In this document: positions 1 to 10,107 of the stretch, piece by piece
Position numbering within the stretch: position 1 is the first letter of the stretch
Layout of the letters: each line of letters starts with the position of its first letter
DNA from: Dehalococcoidia bacterium
GTDB taxonomy: Bacteria > Chloroflexota > Dehalococcoidia > Bin125
DNA: 64,000 bases
Direction of reading: 5' to 3'
Assembly: GCA_963662615.2 (NCBI GenBank)
Contig: CAXXSR010000002.1
Span: 589,014-653,013, forward strand
The notes under the pieces: model-generated
Database searches by the model: none
Seen by the model: only the letters and a program-made list of their open reading frames with translations
What the model was told of the DNA's origin: nothing
Program-made: the position numbers and the translations under genes

Positions 1-1288
1 CCTCCACGATGGCGGCAACAGAGAGCGCCAGCGCCAGTCCCTGCACCTCCAGCGGTCTCCACAGGACCGCGGCGAGGACGATGTTCAGCAGCATGGCTCC
101 GAGCGCCAGTGTGACCGGCGTGCGGGTGTCGCCCAGCGCGTAGAAGCCGCGCGACAGGATCTCAATGGCCGAATGCGCGAACAGCGCCAGAGCGTAAAAC
201 AGCAGTGCGTCCGACACCAGATCGCGCGCGGCGGCGTCGAACAGCCCCCGTTCGAACAGCGCCCGCACCAGCGGTTCGCGCAGCAGCATCAGCCCCACGC
301 CGGCCGGGATGGAGAGGAAGAGCGTCAATCGCAGGGCCCGCGCCACCATCTGACGCACTTCCCGTTCACCGCCGCTGGCGGCCCGTTCGGCGAGCGCGGG
401 GAACATGGCTATGCCCAGCGACATCCCAAACATCCCCACAGGAAAGAGGAGGATGAGCCAGGCGAAGTTCAAGGCTGAAATGGCCCCCTCCTGCACGAAG
501 GAGGCGAAGAACGTCAAGACCATGAAGTTGACCTGCGCCGCCGCCAGCCCGATCATTCGCGGCCCCATGAGCCGCAGCACCTCTCGCGCGCCCGGATCCC
601 GCAGGTTGATGGTGGGCATGAGCCGCGCCCGCGCCGCCATCAGCGCCGGCAACTGCACCAGCAGGTGCAGGCCGCTCCCCACCACCACCCCGATCGCCAG
701 CGCCTCCACCCCGAACTCGTCGGAGAGGAGCAGCGCGCCCAGAATGATCGAGAGGTTGTAGAGCATGGGCGCCAGCGCCGGCAGCAGGAAGTGCCGGCGC
801 GCGTTGAGGATGCCGGTGATCATCCCGGAGACGGCGAAGAGGATGGGCGAGATCAGCATCACTCGCGTGAGGAAGATGGCGTCATCGCGGATCTCCGCCT
901 GGATGGCGGTGTCCTCGCCCAGGCCGGGCGCCAGCGCGGGCACAACCCATTGGGCCGTGACCAGCATCACCGCGGCAAGCGCGATCGTCCCCAACAGCAC
1001 CACGTTGAGAACCGTGCTGGCGAGCCGCCAGGCTTCGTCCTCGCCCCGCCGCATGACGTAGCGGGCGTAGACGGGAATGAACGCCGCCGCCAGGGTGGCG
1101 CCCGCGAGCAGTTGGAAGACCAGCTCCGGCAGCCGTTGGGCGACGAAGAAAGCGTCCAGGTCGGCGCTGGCGCCGTACTCATTGGCGATGATGATCGCCC
1201 GGACCGCGCCCAGGATCCGGCTGCCCAGGAAACCCAGCGCCACCAGCGTGGCGGCGCCCGCGATGGTGGTGGTCCTCCCCGTCAGCAC
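1..1288 (-). CDS. murJ: lipid II flippase MurJ (3' end beyond window)
   Basis: Manual translation from GTG 1288: ...ATLVALGFLGSRILGAVRAIIIANEYGASADLDAFFVAQRLPELVFQLLAGATLAAAFIPVY, the MurJ/MviN N-terminus. Absent from the ORF track because it runs off the edge. Confidence 0.93.
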   Translation of the reverse strand, partial: MLTGRTTTIAGAATLVALGFLGSRILGAVRAIIIANEYGASADLDAFFVAQRLPELVFQLLAGATLAAAFIPVYARYVMRRGEDEAWRLASTVLNVVLLGTIALAAVMLVTAQWVVPALAPGLGEDTAIQAEIRDDAIFLTRVMLISPILFAVSGMITGILNARRHFLLPALAPMLYNLSIILGALLLSDEFGVEALAIGVVVGSGLHLLVQLPALMAARARLMPTINLRDPGAREVLRLMGPRMIGLAAAQVNFMVLTFFASFVQEGAISALNFAWLILLFPVGMFGMSLGIAMFPALAERAASGGEREVRQMVARALRLTLFLSIPAGVGLMLLREPLVRALFERGLFDAAARDLVSDALLFYALALFAHSAIEILSRGFYALGDTRTPVTLALGAMLLNIVLAAVLWRPLEVQGLALALSVAAIVE

Positions 1289-1422
1289 CGCGGCTTGAGC
1301 GGCCTCAAGAGGGCGTCGCGGCACTCCGGCGACCGCGTTCGCGACCTAGACACTCCGTCTGTCATGCCCATACGATACCGCCGGTGGGAGCCTGAACGGA
1401 GTCACGCCCGTGGGAGCGCCGG

Positions 1423-1743
1423 ATGCCCAATAAGCCAGCCGCGGCGAAGTACTACCGCGCTTCTCTGCGCCGCCGCCTGGGCAACAAGCCCGTGCGCACC
1501 CGCGCGCGCACCGCCGTCCGCGACGCCATCGATGCCATCGACAGCGCCGACTGGGACGACGCCGAGCAGCTCATCCCCATCGCGGTGCGCGCCCTCGACC
1601 GGGCGGCCCAGCGGCGCATCATCCACCCCAACAACGCGGCCCGACACAAGGCGCGCCTGTTGCGGCGCTACCAGGCGGCGCGGGATCCCCAGCGCAGGGC
1701 CCGCCCCCGGATGCGTCCTCCCCCCCCGGTGGAAGTGCCCTAG
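1423..1743 (+). CDS. rpsT: 30S ribosomal protein S20
   Basis: MPNKPAAAK...N...RTAVR...LDRAAQRRIIHPNNAARHKARL is the S20 signature. Confidence 0.93.
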   Translation: MPNKPAAAKYYRASLRRRLGNKPVRTRARTAVRDAIDAIDSADWDDAEQLIPIAVRALDRAAQRRIIHPNNAARHKARLLRRYQAARDPQRRARPRMRPPPPVEVP

Positions 1744-1926
1744 ACGCCGGCGCCGATCGCGGAGAGCGAAACCGAGCGGGCCACCGCCTGATCTCCGCTA
1801 CGCGCCGGAGCGGCGCTCAGCGGCCAGACTCGTGACCTGCCCGCGGTCGCGCCGCGCCTCCCCTTCGACATTGCGGTGCAGCCTTGTCCGCTGCCGGCGC
1901 CGTTGAGGCGGTAGCATAGGCGGGTA

Positions 1927-3000
1927 ATGCAGGCGCTGGTGTTCCATGAGCCCGGTCGCATCACCGTGGAGTCGGTAGCCGATCCCGTTCCCGGCCCCGG
2001 CGAAGTCGTCCTCCGCATCGGGGCGGGCGGGATCTGCGCCTCCGACCTGCGCGTGTTCCGGGGCGAGAAGCACGCCGCCGCCGGCGTTGTGCCGGGCCAT
2101 GAGTTCGCCGGCGACGTCGTCGAAGTCGGTTCAGGCGTTGACAGTGTCCAGGTCGGCGACCGTGTCGCCGTCTACCCCATCCTGGCCTGCGGCGGTTGCG
2201 ACTTCTGCCGCCGCGGCCTGCGCAACCGCTGCCTGGCGCGCCAGACGCTCGGGTACGACCGCAACGGCGGCCTGGCTGAGTACGTCTTGCTGCCCGAGGC
2301 GATCGTGCGACAGGGCCACCTGGTGCCGCTCCCGCCCGGCCTCCCGATCGAGCGCGGAGCCATGACGGAGCCCACGGCCTGCGTGCTCAACTCGCTCGAA
2401 TCCTGCGACTTGCGCGCCGGGGCGGTGGTGGCCGTGCTCGGCGCGGGCCCCATGGGGCTCTTGCACGTCGTGCTCGCACGCGCCTTGGGCGCTGGACCCA
2501 TCGTCGTGGCCGAGCCCGTTGACTCCCGGCGGGCAATGGCCGCCGAACTGGGCGCAACGGTGGTCGTGGGCGGTGACGCCGAAGAGGTGGAGAGCGCCGT
2601 TCGCACTGCCGGAGCCAGCGGTGGAGCCAGCAGCGGCGCTGGCAGCGGCGCCGACGTGGTGATCGTCAGCGTTGGGTTGGACGGGCTGACGGAGCGGGCG
2701 TTGCGACTGGCGGCGCCGCGGGCGCGGATCAACCTCTTCGCGGGCTTCCCTCCGGATACGGCCGCGACTTTGGACGTGAACCATCTCCACTACAAAGAGA
2801 TCGTCCTCACGGGCACGCAAAACGCCACACCCGACCAGTTCCGTCGCGCGGCGGCGCTGCTGCCCTCGCTGGACGCGCTCGATCGGATCGTCACGCACCG
2901 CTACGCGCTCTCCCGTGGCGATGAAGCCTACGCCGTGCGTAGCGATCCCGACGCGCTCAAGTCGCTGATCCTGCCCCACACGGAGGAGGCCATCGCGTGA
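1927..3000 (+). CDS. Zn-dependent alcohol/polyol dehydrogenase (MDR family)
   Basis: GICASD, GHEFAG, CGGCDFC..C structural Zn site, GAGPMG. Confidence 0.92.
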   Translation: MQALVFHEPGRITVESVADPVPGPGEVVLRIGAGGICASDLRVFRGEKHAAAGVVPGHEFAGDVVEVGSGVDSVQVGDRVAVYPILACGGCDFCRRGLRNRCLARQTLGYDRNGGLAEYVLLPEAIVRQGHLVPLPPGLPIERGAMTEPTACVLNSLESCDLRAGAVVAVLGAGPMGLLHVVLARALGAGPIVVAEPVDSRRAMAAELGATVVVGGDAEEVESAVRTAGASGGASSGAGSGADVVIVSVGLDGLTERALRLAAPRARINLFAGFPPDTAATLDVNHLHYKEIVLTGTQNATPDQFRRAAALLPSLDALDRIVTHRYALSRGDEAYAVRSDPDALKSLILPHTEEAIA

Positions 3001-3866
3001 CGGCCGCGTACGATCCCTCGCCCGACGAGCAGGGGGCGGGCGTGGAGCTTCGCGATGCCCGCCGCGCCCGCGGCCTCTCGCTGGACGACTGCCAGCGCGC
3101 AACGCGCATCTCGCGTCGGTATTTAGAGGCGCTGGAGGAGGACGACTATGCGGCGCTGCCCGCCCCCGTCTTCGCGCGCGGCTTCCTCCGCTCTTACGCG
3201 CAGTATCTCGGCGTGGACGCCACGACCCTGATCTCCCGCTTCCCCGGCGAGGCGCGACCCGGCGACGCCCTGCCCGGCATCGATGTGCTGGGACAGCCAC
3301 CCCGCCGCCGTGAGGCTGCCCGCGACGCCCGCATGAACGCCTACGCCGATGAGCGCGGCTATGACGCCGGCGCGCTCTCGCCGATCCCCACCATTGACAC
3401 CCGCACCCCCGGCGTCTGGCTGGGCCCCTGGCTCATCGCGGCCTTCGTGGCGCTGGTGGTCGTCGCCGTGGTCGTCGCCATCGTCACGCTCAGCGATGAC
3501 GAGGCCAGTCCCGGAGTCCAGGTCACGCCGCCCCCTGGCGTCGCCGTCGGCCCCTCCGAGCTTGAGCGAGAGGGCGAGATCGTTGAGCAGCCCCCCACCA
3601 TCCTGCTCGAGACGATGCCCGACCTGACCCTGGGCACGGTGTCCGACTCCATCCCCGTGCTCCGCCGCTCCAACCTGCCCTTCGTCATCGTTGAGGTCTA
3701 TGACGAGTTCGAGCCCGCCGGCGCCGTGATCGATCAGGTGCCGCTGCCCGACACGCCCCTGGACGACGGCTCCGCCGTCACGCTGGTGGTCAGTCGAGGG
3801 CCCATCCCTACCGCACCGGCCCCGCCGCAAGAGCCGGCCCAGTCCGATGATCTACCCTCGGGCTGA
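2997..3866 (+). CDS. RodZ-like HTH membrane protein with C-terminal PASTA domain
   Basis: TRISRRYLEALEEDDYAALPAPVFARGFLRSYAQYLG; one TM; GAVIDQVPLPDTPL...VTLVVSRG (PASTA-like). Confidence 0.85.
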   Translation: MTAAYDPSPDEQGAGVELRDARRARGLSLDDCQRATRISRRYLEALEEDDYAALPAPVFARGFLRSYAQYLGVDATTLISRFPGEARPGDALPGIDVLGQPPRRREAARDARMNAYADERGYDAGALSPIPTIDTRTPGVWLGPWLIAAFVALVVVAVVVAIVTLSDDEASPGVQVTPPPGVAVGPSELEREGEIVEQPPTILLETMPDLTLGTVSDSIPVLRRSNLPFVIVEVYDEFEPAGAVIDQVPLPDTPLDDGSAVTLVVSRGPIPTAPAPPQEPAQSDDLPSG

Positions 3867-5188
3867 TGCGCTACCACCTCACCACCCTGGGCTGTCCCAA
3901 GAACACCAGCGACTCCGAGCGTCTGGTCCGCGTGCTCGCGGGGGCTGGACATGCCGCCGTGGAGGCCGCCCCCGAGGCCGATGTCCTCATCGTCAATACT
4001 TGCGGCTTCATCGATCAGGCGAAGCAGGAATCGGAGGAGGTCACCACCGCCCTCGCGCGCCGCAAGGCGTCCGACCAGCGGCTGCTCGTCGTGGGCTGCT
4101 GGTCCCAACTGGAGGCGGCCCAGATCCGCGATCGCATCCCAGGGGTGGATGCCACCTTCGGCATCGAGGCCTGGGACGCCATCGCGGCGTACGTCGGTCC
4201 CGGCCGGCCCCCGGACATCCCCGAGACGGGATCGGGACAGCGTCGCCGCGCCAGCGCCTACTTGAAGATCTCGGACGGCTGCGCCCGCCCCTGCACCTTC
4301 TGCAGTATCCCGCTCATCAAGGGCCGGCAGTTCCGCAGCGCCCCGCTGGACGAGCTCGTGGCGGAGGCCCGCCGCCTCGCCGACGAGGGGGTGAAGGAGC
4401 TGGTGCTGGTGGCGCAGGACAGCACTGCCTACGGCGAGGAGGCCGGTCTGCGTGACGGCACCGCAATTTTGTTGGAGCGCTTGGCGCGGGAAGTGCCGCG
4501 GGTGCCCTGGATCCGCCTCATGTACGCCTATCCCGGCATGGTGAGTCAGCGCCTCGTTGAGACCATGGCCGCCCTGCCGCAGGTCTGCCACTACCTCGAC
4601 ATCCCTCTCCAGCACGGCAGCGCCACCGTCCTCCGACGCATGAAGCGTCCCCACAACCTGACCATGGTCCAGGACACCCTCCAACGTCTCCGCCGCGGCA
4701 TGCCGGACATCGCTCTGCGCACCACCTTCATCGTTGGCTTTCCCGGCGAGACCAAGCGCGAGTTCGACGAGCTGCTTGCCTTCGTGCAAGAACAGCGCTT
4801 CGACCGCGCCGGGGCCTTTACCTACTCACCGCAAGCGGGGACGCCGGCCGCCACCATGCCCGCGCAGGTGCCGGAGAAGGTGAAGCGGCGGCGCCTGAAG
4901 CGCTTGATGAACGCGCAGCGACGCGTCTCCGCGGAGATCAATGCGTCGCTGCTGGGCCGCGAACTCGCCGTCCTGGTGGAGTCGGTGGAAGGCCAGACGG
5001 CGCCCGACGGCGCCCCGATCTTCGTGGGGCGCTCCTACCGCGACGCGCCGGAGGTGGACGGCTTGGTCTTCTGCCACGGTCTCGCGCGCCCCGGCACGAT
5101 GCCGCGGGTGCGCGTCACCGGCGCCCTCGAGCACGATCTCCTCGCCGAGCCCGTCGACGCCGACACCTTCGCGCTGCTGGTTCGCTGA
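3866..5188 (+). CDS. rimO: ribosomal protein S12 methylthiotransferase
   Basis: LGCPKN, VNTCGFI, DGCARPCTFC radical SAM motif, GRSYRDAPEVDG. Confidence 0.96.
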   Translation: MRYHLTTLGCPKNTSDSERLVRVLAGAGHAAVEAAPEADVLIVNTCGFIDQAKQESEEVTTALARRKASDQRLLVVGCWSQLEAAQIRDRIPGVDATFGIEAWDAIAAYVGPGRPPDIPETGSGQRRRASAYLKISDGCARPCTFCSIPLIKGRQFRSAPLDELVAEARRLADEGVKELVLVAQDSTAYGEEAGLRDGTAILLERLAREVPRVPWIRLMYAYPGMVSQRLVETMAALPQVCHYLDIPLQHGSATVLRRMKRPHNLTMVQDTLQRLRRGMPDIALRTTFIVGFPGETKREFDELLAFVQEQRFDRAGAFTYSPQAGTPAATMPAQVPEKVKRRRLKRLMNAQRRVSAEINASLLGRELAVLVESVEGQTAPDGAPIFVGRSYRDAPEVDGLVFCHGLARPGTMPRVRVTGALEHDLLAEPVDADTFALLVR

Positions 5189-5208
5189 CTCCGGCGCTCA
5201 GAGGGCGC

Positions 5209-5502
5209 TCAGAGCGCGTGCAGGATCTCCGTCTCCACGTCCGTGAGTTCGGCGTCCACGTGCAGCCCCTCCACGAAGTTGAGCACCTTCATCAGCACCG
5301 CGTGGCAGTGCTTGGCGTCGTTGCTGACGCAGACGATGCCCACCGTCGCGACCTGGAGATCGTCCTGCGTCTCCACCTCGGCTACGGCCACGTTGAACTT
5401 GTGCCCCACGCGGTCCACCAGCCGGCGCAGCACGGCCCGCTTGCCCTTGAGGGAGCGGTTCTCCGCCAGGGTGAGCGTGAGCCGCAGACAGCCCACGACC
5501 AT
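5209..5502 (-). CDS. DUF503 (YlxP-like) protein
   Basis: SLKGKRAVL...KFNVAVAEVETQD...IGIVCVSND. Confidence 0.9.
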   Translation of the reverse strand: MVVGCLRLTLTLAENRSLKGKRAVLRRLVDRVGHKFNVAVAEVETQDDLQVATVGIVCVSNDAKHCHAVLMKVLNFVEGLHVDAELTDVETEILHAL

Positions 5503-5546
5503 GATTCGGCCTCCGTCTGCCGGTCCCGCGGGGCTCGTGCCGGCCG

Positions 5547-6497
5547 CTAGTCGCCCGCGGCGGCTGCCGCCATGCGTTCCGACGGCACAGCTTCCGACGG
5601 CACGGCTGCCGACGGCACAGCTGCCGACGGCACAGCTGCCGACGGCACGGCTTCCGGCGGCACAGCTTCCGACGGCACGGCTTCCGGCGGCACGGCTGCC
5701 GGCGGCGCCTCCCGCTGCGCGGAGTCCCGCCGCAGGGCTTGTTCCAGGGCCAGCACGCCTTGCTCCCCCGCCGGGGCCTCGGGAAGGGGCGGCAGCTCGG
5801 TCACGCGGCTGAGCCCGAAGTGCTCCAGAAAGCGGCCCGTCGTCGCCCAGAGGTGCGGACGGCCCGGCGCCTCCACCTGGCCCGCGTGCCGGATCAGGTC
5901 CCGTTGCCGCAGCGTCCCCAGGGTCCCATCGCAGGCGACACCTCGCACGGCCTCAATCCCCGCTCGGGTGACTGGCTGACGATAGGCGATGATCGCCAGC
6001 GTCTCCAGCGCCGCCTTGGACAGCCGGTTGGGCCGTTCCACGCCCAGGAGCCGCTCCACGAACGGCGCCGCTTCCGGGGCCGTGACCAGCCGCACGCGAG
6101 AGCCGCCGCGCTGCAGGCGAACGCCGCGATGCGCGCTCGCGCGCTCCAGCGCGTCCAGGGCCTCCTCCACCGCGTCCGGCGCGACGTTGGTGGCGTGCGC
6201 CAGTTGGGAGATCGAAGGCGGCTCGTCCGCCGCCAGCAGCAGCGCTTCCAGGACCAGCGGGATGTTCGCCGGCGTCTCGCTCTTCTCATCCGTCTCAATC
6301 ACCGTCAGCACGGCCGGCCCGCGCCCTTCGCCGCCCCCCGGCGGCGCTGCGGGCGCTGGCGCCGACTGGCCCCCCGGAGCCGGGAGAGCCTCTGGCTCAT
6401 CGTCCGCCGATCGGGTCGCAAGACGCAGGAACTCCGGCGGGGGAATGTCTGCTGATGCGGGGTCGGCCAGAGGGAGAGCCGCGGGCAGTGGCTCCAT
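5547..6497 (-). CDS. scpB: SMC-Scp complex subunit ScpB with low-complexity termini
   Basis: LEALLLAADEP, LSKAALETLAIIAYRQPVTRAGIEAVRGV, GRPHLWATTGRFLEHFGL. Confidence 0.95.
   Translation of the reverse strand: MEPLPAALPLADPASADIPPPEFLRLATRSADDEPEALPAPGGQSAPAPAAPPGGGEGRGPAVLTVIETDEKSETPANIPLVLEALLLAADEPPSISQLAHATNVAPDAVEEALDALERASAHRGVRLQRGGSRVRLVTAPEAAPFVERLLGVERPNRLSKAALETLAIIAYRQPVTRAGIEAVRGVACDGTLGTLRQRDLIRHAGQVEAPGRPHLWATTGRFLEHFGLSRVTELPPLPEAPAGEQGVLALEQALRRDSAQREAPPAAVPPEAVPSEAVPPEAVPSAAVPSAAVPSAAVPSEAVPSERMAAAAAGD
5575..5705. repeat. 15-bp coding tandem repeat, ~8 copies, (A/E)AVP(S/P) in the ScpB tail
   Basis: ccgacggcac(a/g)gct-type units directly visible. Confidence 0.92.
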
Positions 6498-6832
6498 CGC
6501 TGCAGTCTTCCTACCCCGTCGCCACCAAGCGGGAGCGCGGCTACCGTAACACGCGACCTTTCAGCGCTCCACCGTTCCCACCATCCCGCCCCAGCCCGGC
6601 GCTCAGGGACCAGACTCGTCCCCAGGCCAGACAGGGAGCAGCGCTCGCGGGCCGCTCGGCAACCCCTACCCCCCCGGCGGCTCCAGATGGCGTTGACATA
6701 TTCTGTGACCCTGGCGTCACGCACCCGCTCCCAACAGGTCTACCGACAGACACCGCGTTTCGATCGAGTGAAGGTGGGGATGCCGCGCCGCGCACGGGAG
6801 CGGCGGTCGTCACTATCCCGGAGGAAGTTCAC

Positions 6833-7453
6833 ATGGTCGAGCGACCGCCCGCGGTCCCGTCGGACGTCGGCGCAGACGCCGACGCTCCCACCGCCGAAGC
6901 CGCGACTCGCGCCACCGTTGGGGCCTGCCAGAGTTGCGGTGCCCTCTGGACCGGCGAGGGACGCTGCCGCAGGTGCGGTGGCTCGGTCGTGAGCTTGCGG
7001 CCCGCGCACCGAGGCTCCAGCGCCTCGATCGACGCCACGCGGCTGGCGCCTCTCACAGCATCCCAGCTTCTCAAGTCCGGCCAGGCCGCCGGCTTCTGGA
7101 TCCGCTTCTTTGCCTCGTTCATCGACTGGATCGCGCTCTCGGCGGCGAGCACCGCGCTGTCGCTGCTACTCGGATCCGGCGCGGGTGCGGTATTCGCCGT
7201 ATTGGGGGTCACCCTCCTCTACTTAATCCTCGCCGGGGCCGGCGGCCAGTCGCTTGGCAAAGCCGTGTTGGGCATCAAGATCGTCACCTTCGACACCGGA
7301 GAGCCGCCCGGTCTTGGCCGCGCCCTGATCCGTCACGTCGTCTCCATCTTCAGCGCGATCGTCCTCTTCCTCGGCTACTTCTCGATGCTCGGGGACTACG
7401 ACAAGCGCACCTGGCACGACAAAGCCGCAGGCGTCCGCGTCGTCTATATCTGA
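6833..7453 (+). CDS. RDD family membrane protein with N-terminal Zn ribbon
   Basis: GGAGG RBS; CQSC..CRRC; AGFWIRFFASFID, QSLGKAVLGIKIV, KRTWHDKAAG. Confidence 0.88.
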   Translation: MVERPPAVPSDVGADADAPTAEAATRATVGACQSCGALWTGEGRCRRCGGSVVSLRPAHRGSSASIDATRLAPLTASQLLKSGQAAGFWIRFFASFIDWIALSAASTALSLLLGSGAGAVFAVLGVTLLYLILAGAGGQSLGKAVLGIKIVTFDTGEPPGLGRALIRHVVSIFSAIVLFLGYFSMLGDYDKRTWHDKAAGVRVVYI

Positions 7454-7601
7454 GAGATCGCCGGCTCCCGGCCGGAGTGCCCGCGTCCGACCGGCCCGCC
7501 CCGGCGGCCGCTATCCGCGCGCTTCTTCCCTGGCGACAACCGGCAGCGTCAGCCCCAGCGGCGGAGCCGCATCAGGGATAGCTCCTCGTCCTCGCGCCCT
7601 C

Positions 7602-7793
7602 ATGGAGCCGCCCACGCTTTCCTGGGGCACGCTGCGCTACTATGCGCTGGGAGGGTGCACCGTGGTCGAACTTGGCTTGGCCATTCTCTTCCTGATCATC
7701 CTCGTGCCCGCCGACCGCCGGCTGCTGCAGGAAGCAACCGACAGGGTCCGCGCCATCCTTGATTGGCTTGAGCGCTCCTCAGCCCAGCGTTGA
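7602..7793 (+). CDS. small single-TM hypothetical protein
   Basis: 63 aa with a hydrophobic segment; fills the gap in a co-oriented run. Confidence 0.5.
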   Translation: MEPPTLSWGTLRYYALGGCTVVELGLAILFLIILVPADRRLLQEATDRVRAILDWLERSSAQR

Positions 7794-7887
7794 GTTCTTC
7801 AGAACGTATGCGCTAAGCTGATCCTGATCGCTGGGCGCCACCGGCTCCCGGCCGGTGCCTCGCCCCGGGCGACACCAGGGACCCCAC

Positions 7888-8094
7888 ATGGCCGTGCCTT
7901 TCACTCGTTCCATCCAGCGGTCCTTCCCTCTGCGACTGCCAATGCCGCGGGCGACCGCCCGGCGCGCCCGGCAACGACGTCCCCTGCCCCTGCGCCTCCC
8001 CGCCCCCACGACCTGCCCGGACTGCCAAGGGCCCACCGCGCACGGTGAGGGCTTCCTCACCTGCGTCGTCTGCGGGTATCGCCGCGCCGCCTAG
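7888..8094 (+). CDS. small Zn-ribbon protein
   Basis: C-terminal CPDCQG...GEGFLTCVVCGY. Confidence 0.6.
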   Translation: MAVPFTRSIQRSFPLRLPMPRATARRARQRRPLPLRLPAPTTCPDCQGPTAHGEGFLTCVVCGYRRAA

Positions 8095-8202
8095 CGGGCG
8101 GGCCCGCATGCTCTTGCCTGGCCCGGCCCCGCCCCACTCCATACGATGGGACCCCTGCCTCGTCGCTTCCGCGGCGAGTCCAAGGGGGGTGCGGGCCACA
8201 TC

Positions 8203-8379
8203 GTGAGCGGCTTCGAACTCCTTCTCGTCCTCTTCGCCGTCCTGGCCGCGCTCTACGCCACCGGCGCCCTGCCCCGAGCGCGGCTCCGGAGCATCTACCG
8301 ACGCGTTCGCCTCTTGGGGCTCCTCTGGGCGTTGGTGATCGTCCTCTTCGCGGCCGGCCGCCTCTTCAACTTTCCCTAG
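8203..8379 (+). CDS. small two-TM hypothetical protein
   Basis: Two hydrophobic helices separated by an Arg-rich loop. Confidence 0.6.
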   Translation: MSGFELLLVLFAVLAALYATGALPRARLRSIYRRVRLLGLLWALVIVLFAAGRLFNFP

Positions 8380-8425
8380 CCCCTCGCGTCGCCCAGCCCG
8401 CTCCGCAAGCGCGTACCCTCTGGCC

Positions 8426-9571
8426 GTGCGCTTTGTGCTTGCGCCCCAAGAGTTCAAGGGCAGCCTCACCGCTGTGGAGGCGGCACAGGCCATGGCCGAC
8501 GGCGTCCGGCGGGCGCTGCCCCACGCCGATCTCGACCTTGCCCCCCTCGCCGACGGCGGCCCCGGCACCGTTGAGGCGGTCGTCACCGCCGCCGGCGGGC
8601 GCTACTCTTACGCGCGCGTTCAGGGGCCCCTCGGAGCGCCCGTCGACGCCCGTTGGGGCCGCATCGACGACGGCGCAACCGCGGTGATCGAGATGGCCGC
8701 CGCCTCGGGACTGCTGCGACTGGATCCCCAACGCCTCGACCCCCGTCGCGCCGGCACACACGGCACCGGCGAGCTGATCGGCGCCGCCCTCGACGCCCGC
8801 GTGCGCCGCATCCTCATCGGTGTGGGCGGCAGCGCCACCAACGATGGCGGCGCCGGCATGGCCGTCGCGCTCGGGGCCCGCCTGCTCGATGACGAGGGCC
8901 GTGCGCTCCCCCCCGGCGGCGCCGCGCTCGCCCGCCTGGCGCGCATTGATTGCTCGCCCAATGACGGCCCCGGGCTGGACCCGCGCTTGCGCGATCTGGA
9001 GGTCGTAGTCCTGGCTGACGTCAGCAACCCGCTGATTGGGCCGGACGGCGCTAGCGCCGTCTACGGGCCGCAGAAGGGCGCCGACCCTGTCGCCGTTGCT
9101 GAGCTGGATCGGGCGCTCCGCCATTACGCCGACATCGTCGCCCGCGATCTCGCCATAGACATCGCTACGTTCCCGGGAGGCGGTGCCGCCGGCGGCCTTG
9201 CGGCGGGCCTGGTCGCCTTCGCCGGCGCGCGCCTGGAACCGGGCGTGAAGCGCGTGGCCGAGGCCGTGCGCCTGCGCCAACGGGTGGGGCGGGCGGACGC
9301 CGTCATCACCGGCGAAGGCCGCTTGGACCGCCAGTCCACCTTCGGCAAGACGGTCGCCGGTGTCGCCGCCATCGCCGCTGACGCCGGTGCGCCCTGCCTC
9401 GCCGTGGCCGGGACCCTCGCCGACGAGGAGAGCGTCCGCGCCCTCCCCGGCCTCACCGACGTCGAAGCCGCGGCGGCGGCGGATGAGCCGCCGGACCGGG
9501 CCATGGCGCAGGCCGCTGCGTCCCTTCGCGCCGCGGTGGAGCGCATCGTCCGCCGCCATTTCCCGACCTGA
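8426..9571 (+). CDS. glycerate kinase (GlxK/GarK family)
   Basis: APQEFKGSL, LADGGPGT, GGSATNDGGAG, YGPQKGA, GAAGGL, TGEGRLD. Confidence 0.95.
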   Translation: MRFVLAPQEFKGSLTAVEAAQAMADGVRRALPHADLDLAPLADGGPGTVEAVVTAAGGRYSYARVQGPLGAPVDARWGRIDDGATAVIEMAAASGLLRLDPQRLDPRRAGTHGTGELIGAALDARVRRILIGVGGSATNDGGAGMAVALGARLLDDEGRALPPGGAALARLARIDCSPNDGPGLDPRLRDLEVVVLADVSNPLIGPDGASAVYGPQKGADPVAVAELDRALRHYADIVARDLAIDIATFPGGGAAGGLAAGLVAFAGARLEPGVKRVAEAVRLRQRVGRADAVITGEGRLDRQSTFGKTVAGVAAIAADAGAPCLAVAGTLADEESVRALPGLTDVEAAAAADEPPDRAMAQAAASLRAAVERIVRRHFPT

Positions 9572-9590
9572 AGCGGGCACTCCCGGCGGG

Positions 9591-9959
9591 TTAGTTCATC
9601 CCCAGCTCGTCCAGCCGCTCGTCGTCAATGCCGAAATGGTGGGCCACTTCGTGCAGGACCGTCTTGCGGACCTGCGTCACCACCTGCGCGTCGGTGCGAC
9701 AGATCGCCTCAATCGCCTCTTGGTAGATCATGATCCGATCCGGCAGCGTATTGCCGTAATAGCTGCTCCGGGCCGTGAGCGGATGACCCTGGTAGAGCCC
9801 CAGCAGCCACCGTCCTGGCCCCATGCCGGTCGCTTCGCGCTCCTGCGCCGTTGGGCGCGCCCGCACAATGATCTCCACGTTCTCTATCCGCGAGGCCAAC
9901 GCCTCCGGGATCGACTCGAGCGCCGCCGCCACCAAGCGGCGAAAGCGGGCGCGATGCAT
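9591..9959 (-). CDS. zincin-like metallopeptidase family protein (DUF1025)
   Basis: LLGLYQGHPL, LPDRIMIYQ, TVLHEVAHHFGIDDERL. Confidence 0.92.
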   Translation of the reverse strand: MHRARFRRLVAAALESIPEALASRIENVEIIVRARPTAQEREATGMGPGRWLLGLYQGHPLTARSSYYGNTLPDRIMIYQEAIEAICRTDAQVVTQVRKTVLHEVAHHFGIDDERLDELGMN

Positions 9960-10107
9960 CCTCGCTCCACCTCCGTCCCGCCATTCTATTCCCCTCGGCC
10001 TCGGCGCCTGCGGCGCGCGCCTACGGCGGCTCCCTTTCCCGTCGATGATCGTGCAGGGCTGCGCGACGGCCGGCCCGTCCTCACGGCCCGCCGCTGGAGG
10101 CCTCGTC

